DNA of 63,327 nucleotides, filler included, from Myxococcota bacterium (GCA_023150835.1; 3 parts of 3 records of this genome joined end to end with filler, not necessarily neighbours in it), one strand, 5' to 3'; counted from the whole stretch's first letter, positions 1 through 9,664 are shown. A program made the numbers and translations. Notes: generated from the sequence alone by a model not told the origin.

Positions 1-28
1 TCTTGATCACCTTTTCTTTTGTTCGCCC

Positions 29-141
29 CCCCTCAATCCCCTTACAGAGGCACATCTCGTTGCCCCAAAAAGGACGAGGGATTTTTGCCCGACGTCGTTC
101 TCACCCCTCAATCCCCTTACAGAGGCACATCTCGTTGCCCC
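29..141 (-). CRISPR. Probable end of a CRISPR array cut by the window edge: 2 repeats and 1 full spacer
   Basis: Identical 38-bp direct repeats at 29-66 and 104-141 flank a unique 37-bp spacer. The minus-strand repeat GGGGCAACGAGATGTGCCTCTGTAAGGGGATTGAGGG(G) has a short hairpin followed by an ATTGAGGG handle resembling ATTGAAAC. Only two copies are visible and no cas genes. Confidence 0.55.
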
Positions 142-145
142 CTCA

Positions 146-257
146 TACGATATCCGCAAGATGTGTGATCGAAGGATCGTGCGTAGATGCCCTACGGTTG
201 GGCAGCCACACCTGTCTGCCCCTACGTCTTACGATCACACAATGGGCGGATCTCGTC
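146..257 (-). mobile_element. MITE family A copy (one end degenerate)
   Basis: TACGATATCCG...CGGATCTCGT ends with internal GTAGGGGCAG..GTGGCTGCCC REP-like hairpin. Confidence 0.75.
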
Positions 258-540
258 TTGGGCTTTTTCTTTCCCCCCCCTCGCCTCCGCAGCGTAGCAA
301 GCGGGGAGAGGGCGGCAGGGGGGTGAGGGGTAAGAACATCGCGAATACTTTGCCTATTTCGCGTTTTGTACCCCTGTGCGGGGGGGCCAACTATGGCTTA
401 ACCTAACGCCTATGTAAGCCTTGGTGATCCCTATCCTCAGTATCCCCCGTGTGAGGTCTCTTGACCGATCGTGTGGATGCTCCTAACCTGCTGTTTCTGC
501 CCCAATCCAAACAGCAACGGATTGGCGCAGTTTTGATACC

Positions 541-655
541 CTCGTGTTCGTGTCTGTTCAAGCGGAGCCGCTGTTTGTTTGAAAAACGTCTGTTTGCCCC
601 GCCGATACGGGGTCAAGGGGCGATAGTCCCTTGTGGGGTATGGGGCAAAGCCCCA
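541..655 (+). repeat. Dispersed structured repeat family B
   Basis: CGTGTTCG...TTCAAGC..GTTTGAA...CCGATACGGGGTCAAGGGG..CCCTTG TGGGG..GCCCCA pattern shared with six other loci. Confidence 0.8.
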
Positions 656-703
656 CCAGCACCCAACAAGTGACGCCTACCCAAGAAAGAAGGAGCATCC
701 CGT

Positions 704-1249
704 ATGTTGGCTCGATGGTCCCTGTTGTTGGTGGTTTTGCTTGGTTTTGCTTTTAGTGCGTCCACCCAAGACGCGCAAGCGCGGCGCAAGAAACCCAAAA
801 AAGATCCCGTCCATGCGCGTGCAATCAAAGCGTGGCAAGCGTTCCCTTTTGTCGGCAATTGCAGTTGGAAAAATTGCGCAAAAGACGGATGGTCTGGCAA
901 TTACGGCTCTTCGCGTTGCAGCTTTTCATCCTGCTTTAAGGACGGCTGGTCTACGTCTTATCGAGACGGGAAGAGCTCTTCGACGCGCTGTAGTTTTAGC
1001 AATTGCGCAAAAGATGGATGGAGTACACAACTTCCCGATGGTTCGTCGGCTTCGACGCGCTGTTCGTTTGGGAATTGTTTTAAGGATGGTTGGACCACTT
1101 CGTTGTGGGGAGGGAAGTCGATCTCTGTTCGCTGCGACTGGAACGACTGTTTGAAAGAAGGGTATTCGCTCCGCCTTCCGAACGGTCGCAGTATCCAGTG
1201 CCGTTGCAATTGGAAGAGTTGTCTCAAAGAAGGTGCGACCTGCAATTGA
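704..1249 (+). CDS. Secreted Cys-repeat protein with 6 repeats of C-x4-C-x-K-[DE]-G-[WYA]
   Basis: AAGGAG RBS, signal peptide ending AQA, six ~21-24-aa repeats. Confidence 0.8.
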   Translation: MLARWSLLLVVLLGFAFSASTQDAQARRKKPKKDPVHARAIKAWQAFPFVGNCSWKNCAKDGWSGNYGSSRCSFSSCFKDGWSTSYRDGKSSSTRCSFSNCAKDGWSTQLPDGSSASTRCSFGNCFKDGWTTSLWGGKSISVRCDWNDCLKEGYSLRLPNGRSIQCRCNWKSCLKEGATCN

Positions 1250-1287
1250 GCGACATCAGGGGCAGCGGGTGGGGGCCGACAGCGCAG

Positions 1288-2364
1288 TCACGAAGCGGCA
1301 TCAGGGGTGGGTGGGGGCCAACTGCGCAGTTCGCCGCTTTGATCGGCAGAGAGGATCGCGATCTCTCCGACAAATGCGACGCGAGAGACGGGGTGTTTGT
1401 GTCCAAACATCTCGCGCACGACTTTGCAAGCGTGAAGATCCCACAGCCGAACACAGCAATCACCTACGCGTGGATCGGCGTTTGGCTGTCCGCTTGCGGT
1501 GAGCATCCAGCGTCCCTCTTTCGAGACGGCCAGATCATGCACGAAAAAGTTTTCGTGAGGTCTCGCGAGAGCGAGAACTTGTTTGTTGCGCTGGACATCC
1601 CAAAGCTCGATCCATCCCGCAGAACGGCTCTTTCCGTTGATCTCCGCGAGACCCTCCATCGCCATCGCTGCGACTGTTCCTTCCGAAAGGAAAGAGAAGG
1701 CGTTGACACGACACGGCAGGGGACGGCGGCCAAAAGACAACAGCCGAAAGCCTTCGGTATCCCACACCCGAAACGGCTGCTCAAGCGATGCTTGCTTTTT
1801 TCCTAATTGCGCTGAGGCCCGTAGTCTCGCCAAGATCACACGAGCATCCGACGAAAATCCTGCTTGCATCACCGCTGCATCCAACTTCTCGAAGCGATGG
1901 ACGACGCTGGCTTTTTCGAGATCGTACAACACCAACAGCGCGTGTTGCTGGCTTTGACCGCCCCCCAACAAGACCTGTCGGCCATCGTTGGAAAAGGCGA
2001 TGCTTTGCAACGCGGAGAGATCTGGAAATCCCTGCATCTCTCGCAGTGCTGCTGCGCCTTCTGACGGCCAAAATCCCAGACGCCCTTGGCCTCCTCCAAC
2101 TCCTGCGACCAACAACGCCCCATCATGCGGCGAATACGCTGCTGCATCGACACCGTCGCTGTACGCTGGAAGGATCCGCAAACGCTCTCCTGTTCGGATA
2201 TCCCAAACAGACAGAGCGTCGTCTTGGGCTTCTTTGCGAAGATCCGTCTTGGTCAATCCCATCGCAGCGACGGCACGTTGCGCATCGACTGTAAGACTTT
2301 GGGTTCGCCATCCATCGCGGCCTTCCATCAACACTCGTCCTTGGATCTCTGGCAACGCTGTCAC
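1288..2364 (-). CDS. WD40 repeat protein
   Basis: LSVWD, FRVWD, IELWD, VRLWD and GHKHPVSRVAF motifs. Confidence 0.8.
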   Translation of the reverse strand: MTALPEIQGRVLMEGRDGWRTQSLTVDAQRAVAAMGLTKTDLRKEAQDDALSVWDIRTGERLRILPAYSDGVDAAAYSPHDGALLVAGVGGGQGRLGFWPSEGAAALREMQGFPDLSALQSIAFSNDGRQVLLGGGQSQQHALLVLYDLEKASVVHRFEKLDAAVMQAGFSSDARVILARLRASAQLGKKQASLEQPFRVWDTEGFRLLSFGRRPLPCRVNAFSFLSEGTVAAMAMEGLAEINGKSRSAGWIELWDVQRNKQVLALARPHENFFVHDLAVSKEGRWMLTASGQPNADPRVGDCCVRLWDLHACKVVREMFGHKHPVSRVAFVGEIAILSADQSGELRSWPPPTPDAAS

Positions 2365-2423
2365 TCAAACCTCCTTTTTACAGGGAGAGCCCGTAAAGCC
2401 CGATGTCTTTAGGCTTGGGTAGC

Positions 2424-2909
2424 TCACGAAGTCTCGCCGATCAGGCGACGCGCCATCGTGCAGCGAGAGACCGCGACCCGTCGATCTTTTTGATCGAGGA
2501 TATCGATGTGGTAAACCATCGTCGTTCGGCCTTTGTGAAGCGGCGAAGAGATCGCCCGCAATGTCCCCTCGCTGACAGGTCGCAGATGGTTGGCGTTGAT
2601 CTCCATACCCATCACCACCTCGCGCAACGGATCGATCGACATCGCCGCTGCAATCGAGGCCGCTGTCTCGGCCATGAGAACGTAGATCCCACCGTGGACG
2701 ATCCCCATCGGTTGAAACAAACGCTCGCTGACTTCGGCAGATACGACAACACGGTCTGCATCGTAAGAGTCGATGTGTATCCCCAACGTCTGCAAGACCG
2801 TATGCGGATAACGCTCGCGCAGCCACGTTTCGATCCGCTCTTGAATACTCGGTTCTTCGGCGCTTTCCGCTTGCTTTGTGCGCTCGCTCTCTTCGTTTTG
2901 TTTCGTCAA
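2424..2909 (-). CDS. PaaI-family hotdog thioesterase
   Basis: QPMGIVHGG..MAETAAS and GMEINANHLRP motifs. TTG start at 2909 follows AAGGAG; the longer ORF start lies inside a MITE. Confidence 0.9.
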   Translation of the reverse strand: MTKQNEESERTKQAESAEEPSIQERIETWLRERYPHTVLQTLGIHIDSYDADRVVVSAEVSERLFQPMGIVHGGIYVLMAETAASIAAAMSIDPLREVVMGMEINANHLRPVSEGTLRAISSPLHKGRTTMVYHIDILDQKDRRVAVSRCTMARRLIGETS

Positions 2910-2932
2910 CGCTTTTTCTCCTTGAAGACTGA

Positions 2933-3044
2933 TACGATATCCGAGTGAAGTGTTCCCGAAGGATAGTGTGTAGACGCCCGATTGTTGGGCAGCCACACCT
3001 GTCTGCCCCTACGTTTTGCGATCACACACCCTGCGGATCTCGTA
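2933..3044 (-). mobile_element. MITE family A copy with TGA target duplication
   Basis: TGA|TACGATATCCG...CGGATCTCGTA|TGA; about 6 mismatches to the copy at 34277. Confidence 0.85.
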
Positions 3045-3061
3045 TGACTTGTTCGATCGAT

Positions 3062-3182
3062 GTGTGGGGCTTTTCCCCACGCACCACGAGAGGGCGAAGC
3101 CCTCTTGACCCCGTAATTGGCGGGGTGATCCTCTGTTTTTCAAACGAACGGCTCTGCTGCTTGAACCTCCGCGAACACGCGG
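3062..3182 (-). repeat. Structured repeat family B
   Basis: Reverse complement of the family B consensus. Confidence 0.75.
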
Positions 3183-3458
3183 TTTGAAATACCGTAAACG
3201 CGGAAGGGGAAGCGCCGTGAACACAGGAAGTTCGAAGTGCCGCGAATACAGGGGTTTGTCGACTGTGTCGTACCGATTCTTCGACGAAAAATAGTCGTGG
3301 AGCTGTGGAGGCGTTACGCTCGTCGATCGGCGTCGATAGACGCGCAGCCCGCCGTTTTTTTCCGAGCCTATTCTGCGCAAGATCGGTTGCCGACGCAAGC
3401 CCACGAATCCATTGCCCCTCTCGGAGTATGCCGTGTCCAATCGACACAGGAGACAGAT

Positions 3459-4637
3459 ATGCCGCAAGCATCGAATCCAAAAGCTACACCCAAAAAACAG
3501 GCCGACCCTTCGAACGCCAAAGCCCTCGCGCAACCACGCCACAAACCAAAGGATCACATCACGCCCCAACGAGCCGCTCCCGCAAAAGCATCGTCAGCCT
3601 CCGAGATGTCGGAGGCCTTGAAGCCATCCCCTGAACGGAAAAAAACGCCCTCTCGCACTTCCAACGAAGCGGCCTCGAAATCCGAGCAAACATCGCCTGC
3701 TGCTCATCCGAAACCGCCTGCTGCTCATCCGAAACCGCCTGCTGCTCATCCGAAACCGCCTGCGACTCATCCGAAACCGCCTGCGACTCACCCGAAATCG
3801 CCTGCGACTCACCCGAAATCGCCTGCTGCTCATCCGAAACCGCCCACCGAACATCCTACCCCCGCACGTCTCAGAGTCCATTCCACCGACGCTCCCGAGA
3901 CGATCCAAGATCCTCCTCGCTTTGCAAAGGCCACAAAAGCCTCGGCCAAGCGCTCTTTCCTCACGACACCGCAACGATGGTCTCGGCTGGATCGGTGGTT
4001 AACGGCGCTGGCGTGTTGCTCTGTCCTCGGATTGATCGGGGTGGTGTATGGCGTCAATCATTGGGCGCGATCGCAAGGAGCCCAAAAGCTCCATCCCTTG
4101 AGCGTTCATCAATTCTCTGATCGCCTCTTTGCCTTTTTTTCTTATGTGGAATGGACGTGGGGACCCCCAAAAGGGAGTTCTGCAAGTTTGGGGTACGAAA
4201 AGGAGATCGTTGCTGCGGCGCTTCACGCAAGGTTGGCTCCCCACCTCTTGAAAGCGATGATCCAGAAAAATTCATCGTTCCAACCGCATCTTGTGAGCGC
4301 TGATGGGGCGATCGGTTTGATGCAAGTGACCCCAACGATGGCGCGTGTGATGAAGCACAAGGGTAGTTTGTTCTTGCCTTCGAGCAACTTGCGTGCAGGT
4401 GCGGGTTATCTGCGTGTGCTTCTGGCGCAGGCCCCTCTCCCCGAAGCGTTGCGCCACTACCGTCAAGCCAGTTGCCCTTCTTGTTCGCAGCGATCCTTGG
4501 TGGTTCGGCGCGGTTATGTCGAACATATCCTTGATATCTCGCGCCGTTTTGCGCGTGATCCCGGCCAACAGATCCGTCGCCAAGTCCGCGCAAACCGCCA
4601 TCTCCGAACCCAGCAGATCGCCGAACATTCCGAATAG
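3459..4637 (+). CDS. Membrane-anchored SLT (lytic transglycosylase)-domain protein, probably inactive
   Basis: AMIQKNSSF..VSADGAIGLMQVTP..NLRAGAGYL. Pro-rich N-terminus and one TM helix. ATG at 3459 follows AGGAG. Confidence 0.8.
   Translation: MPQASNPKATPKKQADPSNAKALAQPRHKPKDHITPQRAAPAKASSASEMSEALKPSPERKKTPSRTSNEAASKSEQTSPAAHPKPPAAHPKPPAAHPKPPATHPKPPATHPKSPATHPKSPAAHPKPPTEHPTPARLRVHSTDAPETIQDPPRFAKATKASAKRSFLTTPQRWSRLDRWLTALACCSVLGLIGVVYGVNHWARSQGAQKLHPLSVHQFSDRLFAFFSYVEWTWGPPKGSSASLGYEKEIVAAALHARLAPHLLKAMIQKNSSFQPHLVSADGAIGLMQVTPTMARVMKHKGSLFLPSSNLRAGAGYLRVLLAQAPLPEALRHYRQASCPSCSQRSLVVRRGYVEHILDISRRFARDPGQQIRRQVRANRHLRTQQIAEHSE
3694..3845 (+). repeat. In-frame 21-bp tandem repeat (PAAHPKP, about 7 copies)
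   Basis: cgcctgctgctcatccgaaac units. Confidence 0.9.
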
Positions 4638-4767
4638 TTCAGCTTTGGAGCACACATCACGAATGCACAAAGTTTCTCTGAGTCTAGTCGCGCCGAACAT
4701 TCCGAATCTTTCGGCCTTGTCGAAGGGAGCCCCTTAATTCGGCCTTGTCGAAGCGATCCCCGATGCT

Positions 4768-5148
4768 TTAGGGCGTAAGGTCCGTCAGGTTAAACTCCGC
4801 TTCGGCTGTCCCTCCTGCGACAACAAGCACTCCGCGTTCGTTGGATTCCCATGTGACGGTTCCATCGATATCTAAGCCTTGCACGCGGATCCCGTAGGTT
4901 TCAGGCACCAAACCGCTCAATCGCCGTTTGCCTGCACCACAAGCTTCGATTTCTTTTTGGTTGTTGTTGATGATGATCCGCATATCGCGTACATCGTTCG
5001 GGCAGCCGCCTTGCCCATTAAATTCCCACGAGATCACCAGATCGCCTGTTGTTGCGCTCGGGCCTGTGGAGATAAAGCAGCCTTGCGAAAACACAGTCAC
5101 AGAAAACAACAAAACAAACAACAACATCAACTTGCGGGATCTTTTCAT
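4768..5148 (-). CDS. Lipoprotein, paralog 1
   Basis: MKRSRK, hydrophobic stretch, FSQG-C lipobox, AAGGAG RBS. Confidence 0.8.
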   Translation of the reverse strand: MKRSRKLMLLFVLLFSVTVFSQGCFISTGPSATTGDLVISWEFNGQGGCPNDVRDMRIIINNNQKEIEACGAGKRRLSGLVPETYGIRVQGLDIDGTVTWESNERGVLVVAGGTAEAEFNLTDLTP

Positions 5149-5271
5149 GGGAAACTCCTTTGGCTTTCTGCACGGGGGCATTTGGGGGGATCGCGCCGGC
5201 TCCTTGGGGTGGTCGTCTTTCTTTGTGCGTGGAAGTACTTTGTTTGTGGGGTGGGTCGGTGAGTCTGTTGG

Positions 5272-5676
5272 CTAGGGGAGATCCGCGAGATCGAAATCGG
5301 CCTCGGCTGTCCCTCCTGCCACAACAACGACTCCGCGTTCGTTGGATTCCCAAGTGACAGTTCCATCGGAATCCAAGCCTTGTACGCGGATCACATAGGT
5401 CCCGGGGGCGAGATCATCCAATTGCCGCTTGTCTGCGTTGCAGTCCGCCATCGCCGAGCTTTGGCCTCCGTTGATCAAGACTCGGACGTCATGCACGTCG
5501 TTCGGGCAGCCGCTGTACCCATTAAAGTCCCATGAGATCACCAGATCGCCCGTTGTCGCGCCGGGGCCGGGACCGGGACCGGGACCGGGGCCTGTGGAGA
5601 TAAAGCATCCCTGAGAAAACAGCACCATGGGAAACAACAAAACAAACAACAGCATCAACTTGCGAGATCTTTTCAT
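5272..5676 (-). CDS. Lipoprotein, paralog 2 (tandem duplicate with expanded PG linker)
   Basis: Closely similar to 4768-5148, including the RBS; GPGPGPGPG insertion. Confidence 0.8.
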   Translation of the reverse strand: MKRSRKLMLLFVLLFPMVLFSQGCFISTGPGPGPGPGPGATTGDLVISWDFNGYSGCPNDVHDVRVLINGGQSSAMADCNADKRQLDDLAPGTYVIRVQGLDSDGTVTWESNERGVVVVAGGTAEADFDLADLP

Positions 5677-6021
5677 GGGAAACTCCTTTGGCTGTCTGCG
5701 CCGAGGCATTTGGGAGGACAACGCCGATTCCTTGGTGTTGTGGCCTTTCCTTGTGGGTCGGGAGGGCTTTGGGCTGTGTGATGGAGGCTATCCTCAAAAA
5801 GCGTACCATCCCGTTACTAAACCACCAAGATATCGATTCTACGAAGGCGGTGCAACTCTTTTTCTGCGGCAGATGGATCTTGTTGTGCAGAGTCGCCGCC
5901 TCTTTGCGTAGAAGCTTGCTCCACCTCAGACGCAACAAATGGAGCAAACTTGCACCAAAAATCGAGGCGGTTGTGGGGGCGCTTGATCGGGAGGTTGTGG
6001 GGGCGCTTGATCGGGGGGTCA

Positions 6022-6175
6022 TACGAGATCCGCCCATTGTGTGATCGTGAGGATGTAGGGGCAGACCCCTGTGTCACTTGGACCAACTCAATCGATTCGT
6101 TGTGACCCCTGTGTCTGCCCAAGAATAGGGCGTCTACGTACTCTCCTTTGCTGTGTGCATCGCTCGGATATCGTA
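6022..6175 (+). mobile_element. MITE family A copy with TCA target duplication on the stop codon of the neighbouring gene
   Basis: TCA|TACGAGATCCG...CGGATATCGTA|TCA; extra internal segment flanked by GACCCCTGTGT direct repeats. Confidence 0.85.
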
Positions 6176-7681
6176 TCAGTTCGCGATCTCTTGAAGGAGG
6201 CGAGGATAAAGACGCAAGACGACGAGTTGATCGGGGTATTGGACGAGCAGATGCCCACGCGAAGACCAGCGTGGGAATCGTGCGTTGGGGGCGATCAGTC
6301 GGCGCTTTTGGCTCAGCCGATGAAGTAGCCACACGCCTTTTGGATCGGCATAGGCGACCAGATCGCGGTAAAGCGTGTTCGTTTGTTTGGGGCAATCGGG
6401 TGCTTCGGCGTGTTCTGCCAGTTTGATCGGGGGCGTCTCGCCTTTGAGCGGCTGCCAGAAAAGTACGGATGATCCACGAAGTAGCGCAGGGGCAGGGCGT
6501 TTGGCTTCGGTTTTGGGCGGGCGCTTGCTTTTTCCGCCTGCTTTGGGCTTGGTGCGTCGAGGCGCTGGTTTGCGTTGGAGCGCGGTTCTTGGGAGGGGTT
6601 TTGAGGGGGAGGTTCGTTCGGTGCGACGTTGTTGAATACGCTTCCAGCAGCGTGCTGAAGCGACGATGTATAGGCCGCTTGCGTCGGGGGACCACGTCAC
6701 CTCTCCACCGCAAGGGGTCAATTTTGTCCCGCGAAAGAGTAAGTCCACGACTGAAACCCCCCCCCCACCGACGCTTCCGTCTGCAAAGCGCCGAAAAGGC
6801 CAGCGAAGGAAAGTCAGCGCTCGCCCTTGGGGTTCCCAGACAGGCGCTTCGCCCCGCGTTAAAAGTAGCAGCCCCGTTTTTCGATCTTGGAGTGGATCCC
6901 AAAGATACACGAACCCTTGAAACACAAAGACCAACCGTCGCGCACCATGCGAATACTGCGGATGCCACCCCGGGAATAGATAGGCCTGATGTTGCTTGCC
7001 GAACAACATGATGCCTTGTTGTTTGACGGCTCTTGCGATATCGGTGTCTTCGGTCGGATCGACGGGATTTTTTTTGGCTGGAGCGCTGCTGTCTCCCGAA
7101 GGATCTTCGGTGTCTTTTTTGGGTACGGTGTCGTTTCCATCGAAAGATCGGGGCGGAGGCACCTTGCGAAGTCGCTTGTTTTTGTGATGCCAGAGAGCGA
7201 GGGTTGCGGGTGGATCGGTGGCTGGACCACCAAAGATCAATCCCAACGGCCCAAAGCTTGGGAAAAAACTATTGGTTGACTGGCCGATCTCTTGGCGTTT
7301 TTTTTCATCCAAGGTGTATCGAAAAAGGCTGGTGTGTCCTGCTGACTTGTCGGTATAAGCGATCCATCGGCCATCTTGGGACCAAGTGCCTGCGCTGCGG
7401 ATCGAAGTCGACCATCGTGCAACTTCGGCGACACCTTCGGGCCATCCCTCGGCGCTCCACGCTCGATCCGCCCACAACACCCAGATCAACAAACACCCTC
7501 CGAAACCTCTGCTCCATCCAAACCATCGGCTCCATCCGAAACCTCTGCTCCCTCCGAAACCTCTGCTCCCTCCGAAACCTCTGCTCCCTCCGAAACCTCT
7601 GCTCCCTCCGAAACCTCTGCTCCCTCCGAAACCTCTGCTCCCTCCGAAACATTGGAGGGCATCGCGGTGTCTCTTGCTCAA
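6176..7681 (-). CDS. Secreted TolB/PD40-like beta-propeller protein
   Basis: WSQDGRWIAY, PVWEPQG, TWSPDASGLY, PRWSSRG motifs; signal region preceded by FGGSRG repeats. Confidence 0.7.
   Translation of the reverse strand: MSKRHRDALQCFGGSRGFGGSRGFGGSRGFGGSRGFGGSRGFGGSRGFGWSRWFGWSRGFGGCLLIWVLWADRAWSAEGWPEGVAEVARWSTSIRSAGTWSQDGRWIAYTDKSAGHTSLFRYTLDEKKRQEIGQSTNSFFPSFGPLGLIFGGPATDPPATLALWHHKNKRLRKVPPPRSFDGNDTVPKKDTEDPSGDSSAPAKKNPVDPTEDTDIARAVKQQGIMLFGKQHQAYLFPGWHPQYSHGARRLVFVFQGFVYLWDPLQDRKTGLLLLTRGEAPVWEPQGRALTFLRWPFRRFADGSVGGGGVSVVDLLFRGTKLTPCGGEVTWSPDASGLYIVASARCWKRIQQRRTERTSPSKPLPRTALQRKPAPRRTKPKAGGKSKRPPKTEAKRPAPALLRGSSVLFWQPLKGETPPIKLAEHAEAPDCPKQTNTLYRDLVAYADPKGVWLLHRLSQKRRLIAPNARFPRWSSRGHLLVQYPDQLVVLRLYPRLLQEIAN
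7497..7650 (-). repeat. In-frame 18-bp tandem repeat (FGGSRG, about 8 copies)
   Basis: cctccgaaacctctgctc units. Confidence 0.9.
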
Positions 7682-7723
7682 TCTTTGCTCCTTTTTTAGA
7701 CGGCTGGTAGGGTAAACAAAAAA

Positions 7724-7840
7724 CCCCGTGTTCGCGGTCGTTCAAGCGAGGCGGTCGTTTGTTGTTAAAACGCTGATCGCTTCGCCGATACGGGGCCAAG
7801 GGGCGAGAGTCCCTTGCGGGGTGCGGGGTGGAACCCCGCA
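7724..7840 (+). repeat. Structured repeat family B
   Basis: Matches the family B consensus. Confidence 0.8.
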
Positions 7841-7943
7841 AAAACCACCCCAACAAGTGGATCGTTTCCTTGCGAGGTATGGGGTTGAGTCCCACAAAAG
7901 CCGAAATAACGAGTCGCCCGTCAAGCGAGCCGATGAGTCCGTT

Positions 7944-9308
7944 CTATTGCAAGAAACCGGCTTGCAGTAGCGTCATCAAGGCTTTGAGGGTGACAAAAGG
8001 GCTGTATACGCCGTCATCCATGATCTGTCGGATCGAACGCTGACCGTCGACAAGATCCAAGATCAGCGATTCGGGCTGGCCGATCATCCCGCGCAGACCG
8101 CGTTGTCCTTTTTCGGTCTTCACAAAGATCGTCTCTTCCGGGTATTGCGAGATCATCAGCTTCCACTCGTCTAGCCGTCGCATCCCTTCCATGATCAGAT
8201 GCTCGACGTTGAGGTTGAGGGGAGTGATCCGCGCAAGCTCGGGGCCGTTGGCTTGGAGCAGCGAAAAGGAAAAGCGCCCGCGTGGCCACGAAAGAAGGTC
8301 GTAGATCAGATCGGAGCTTTGCGCCACACAAGCCCGTTGCAGGTCTTCTCGATCCAGATATCCCAGTTGCACAAGCTGTTCACCCACAGGTACGCGGCTA
8401 TTTGGGCTGCGCGAACGCAAAAACAATGCGAGATCTTTTGCATTGATGCGACCTTGCGCGACCAGATAACGCCCCAACCGAAACACTCCCCCAAGGTGAT
8501 ATCCCAAGGCTTGGGCGATATCGCCGCGTAAGAAAAACACTTCGACGCGCTTGGGGCCGTCTTCGACAACAAGCACCCCTGTTTGCCGTTGCATGGTAAG
8601 CATCTGAAAGATCTCAGGTAAAGCTAGGGCGGCAAGCTCCCCATAAAGAACTTCTACGCCCGGATGGGCATCTCGAAAGCTCCGTACTAGGCCCTCCAAC
8701 GTGTCGTCATCAAGGATCTCGCGCAAGGTTTGGATCACGACTTCGCGCATCGAATCTCGCCGCAACAAGGACTCCTGTTGTTCGAGCCGATGCGTCAACG
8801 GTGGCCACAACAACTCCAGCATCTTTTCGCGCAATCGGATCGAGCGGGGATTCAGATGAGACAAGGGCGGCGGTGTAAAGGATACCGAATCAAAAGCCCC
8901 GCCAGAAGGGGGAGGGTGGGATTGCGAAAGCATCTCTTCGACTTGTTTGAGGACAAGGCGCGGTGAAAAGGGCCGTTGCAGGTAGTTTTGCACCCAATGA
9001 AACAGCGTTCCGGAGGGAGGCTGCGGACCCACCAAAAGGATCGGGATCTCGCTTAAGCTCGATGTCCGGACAAGATCGCGTGTGCCTTCTCCGCTCAAGG
9101 CGGCATGCAAGATCAAAAGTGCGGGAGGCCCTTTGCGCAACGACACAAGAACTTCGCGGGGACTGCTTGGCTCCAGCACACGATAACCGCCCCGTTCCAA
9201 TATCCGCGACAATACCCGCTGTTCCGAGCGATCGGGTATATGCACCAAGATCTCTTGCCCTGTTCCTGATGAAAAGAGCGCTTGCTCCGTTTGTTGATCC
9301 ATCGACAT
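7944..9308 (-). CDS. Pseudo-receiver plus DUF4388 (PatA_N-like) protein
   Basis: N-terminal REC-like fold; GELAALALPEIFQML..RQTGVL..WPRGRFSF..LIMEGMRRLDEW is typical of DUF4388. Start uncertain. Confidence 0.8.
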   Translation of the reverse strand: MSMDQQTEQALFSSGTGQEILVHIPDRSEQRVLSRILERGGYRVLEPSSPREVLVSLRKGPPALLILHAALSGEGTRDLVRTSSLSEIPILLVGPQPPSGTLFHWVQNYLQRPFSPRLVLKQVEEMLSQSHPPPSGGAFDSVSFTPPPLSHLNPRSIRLREKMLELLWPPLTHRLEQQESLLRRDSMREVVIQTLREILDDDTLEGLVRSFRDAHPGVEVLYGELAALALPEIFQMLTMQRQTGVLVVEDGPKRVEVFFLRGDIAQALGYHLGGVFRLGRYLVAQGRINAKDLALFLRSRSPNSRVPVGEQLVQLGYLDREDLQRACVAQSSDLIYDLLSWPRGRFSFSLLQANGPELARITPLNLNVEHLIMEGMRRLDEWKLMISQYPEETIFVKTEKGQRGLRGMIGQPESLILDLVDGQRSIRQIMDDGVYSPFVTLKALMTLLQAGFLQ

Positions 9309-9664
9309 CTTTTTCGCTTTTTCCCCAATCCATTCGACTTTCTGCGTACAAAAAGTCCGACACCTCTTGCCTTGCACAGGGCAACAACACCAACTCGCCA
9401 TCGCCTCGGTCGTTTGGGTGCAACGACTCTCCACGTATCCGCAGGGATAGGCAACGTAGAACAAGCCTGCTCTTATCGTCAATCCTTTTTTCTGGCTGCC
9501 TTGAGACCAAAAATTGAACTCGAAGTGCTTTGTCTGTTGTTTGGAGTGTCCGTTGTTTGGAGTGTCCGTTGTTGTGGCTTGCCAAACCGCTCGATCTGTT
9601 GTAGGCAAAGCATCGTTCTCACGCCTGTGGGCGGCTTTTTTGTCTTCACGACGCAGGAGTTTCC

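Noticed and set aside
5817-6968. Long alternative ORFs such as 5817-6968, 18618-19574, 33419-34546, 43326-44252 and 62374-63288
   Set aside because: They are shadow or off-frame ORFs overlapping better-supported genes and have no recognisable motifs
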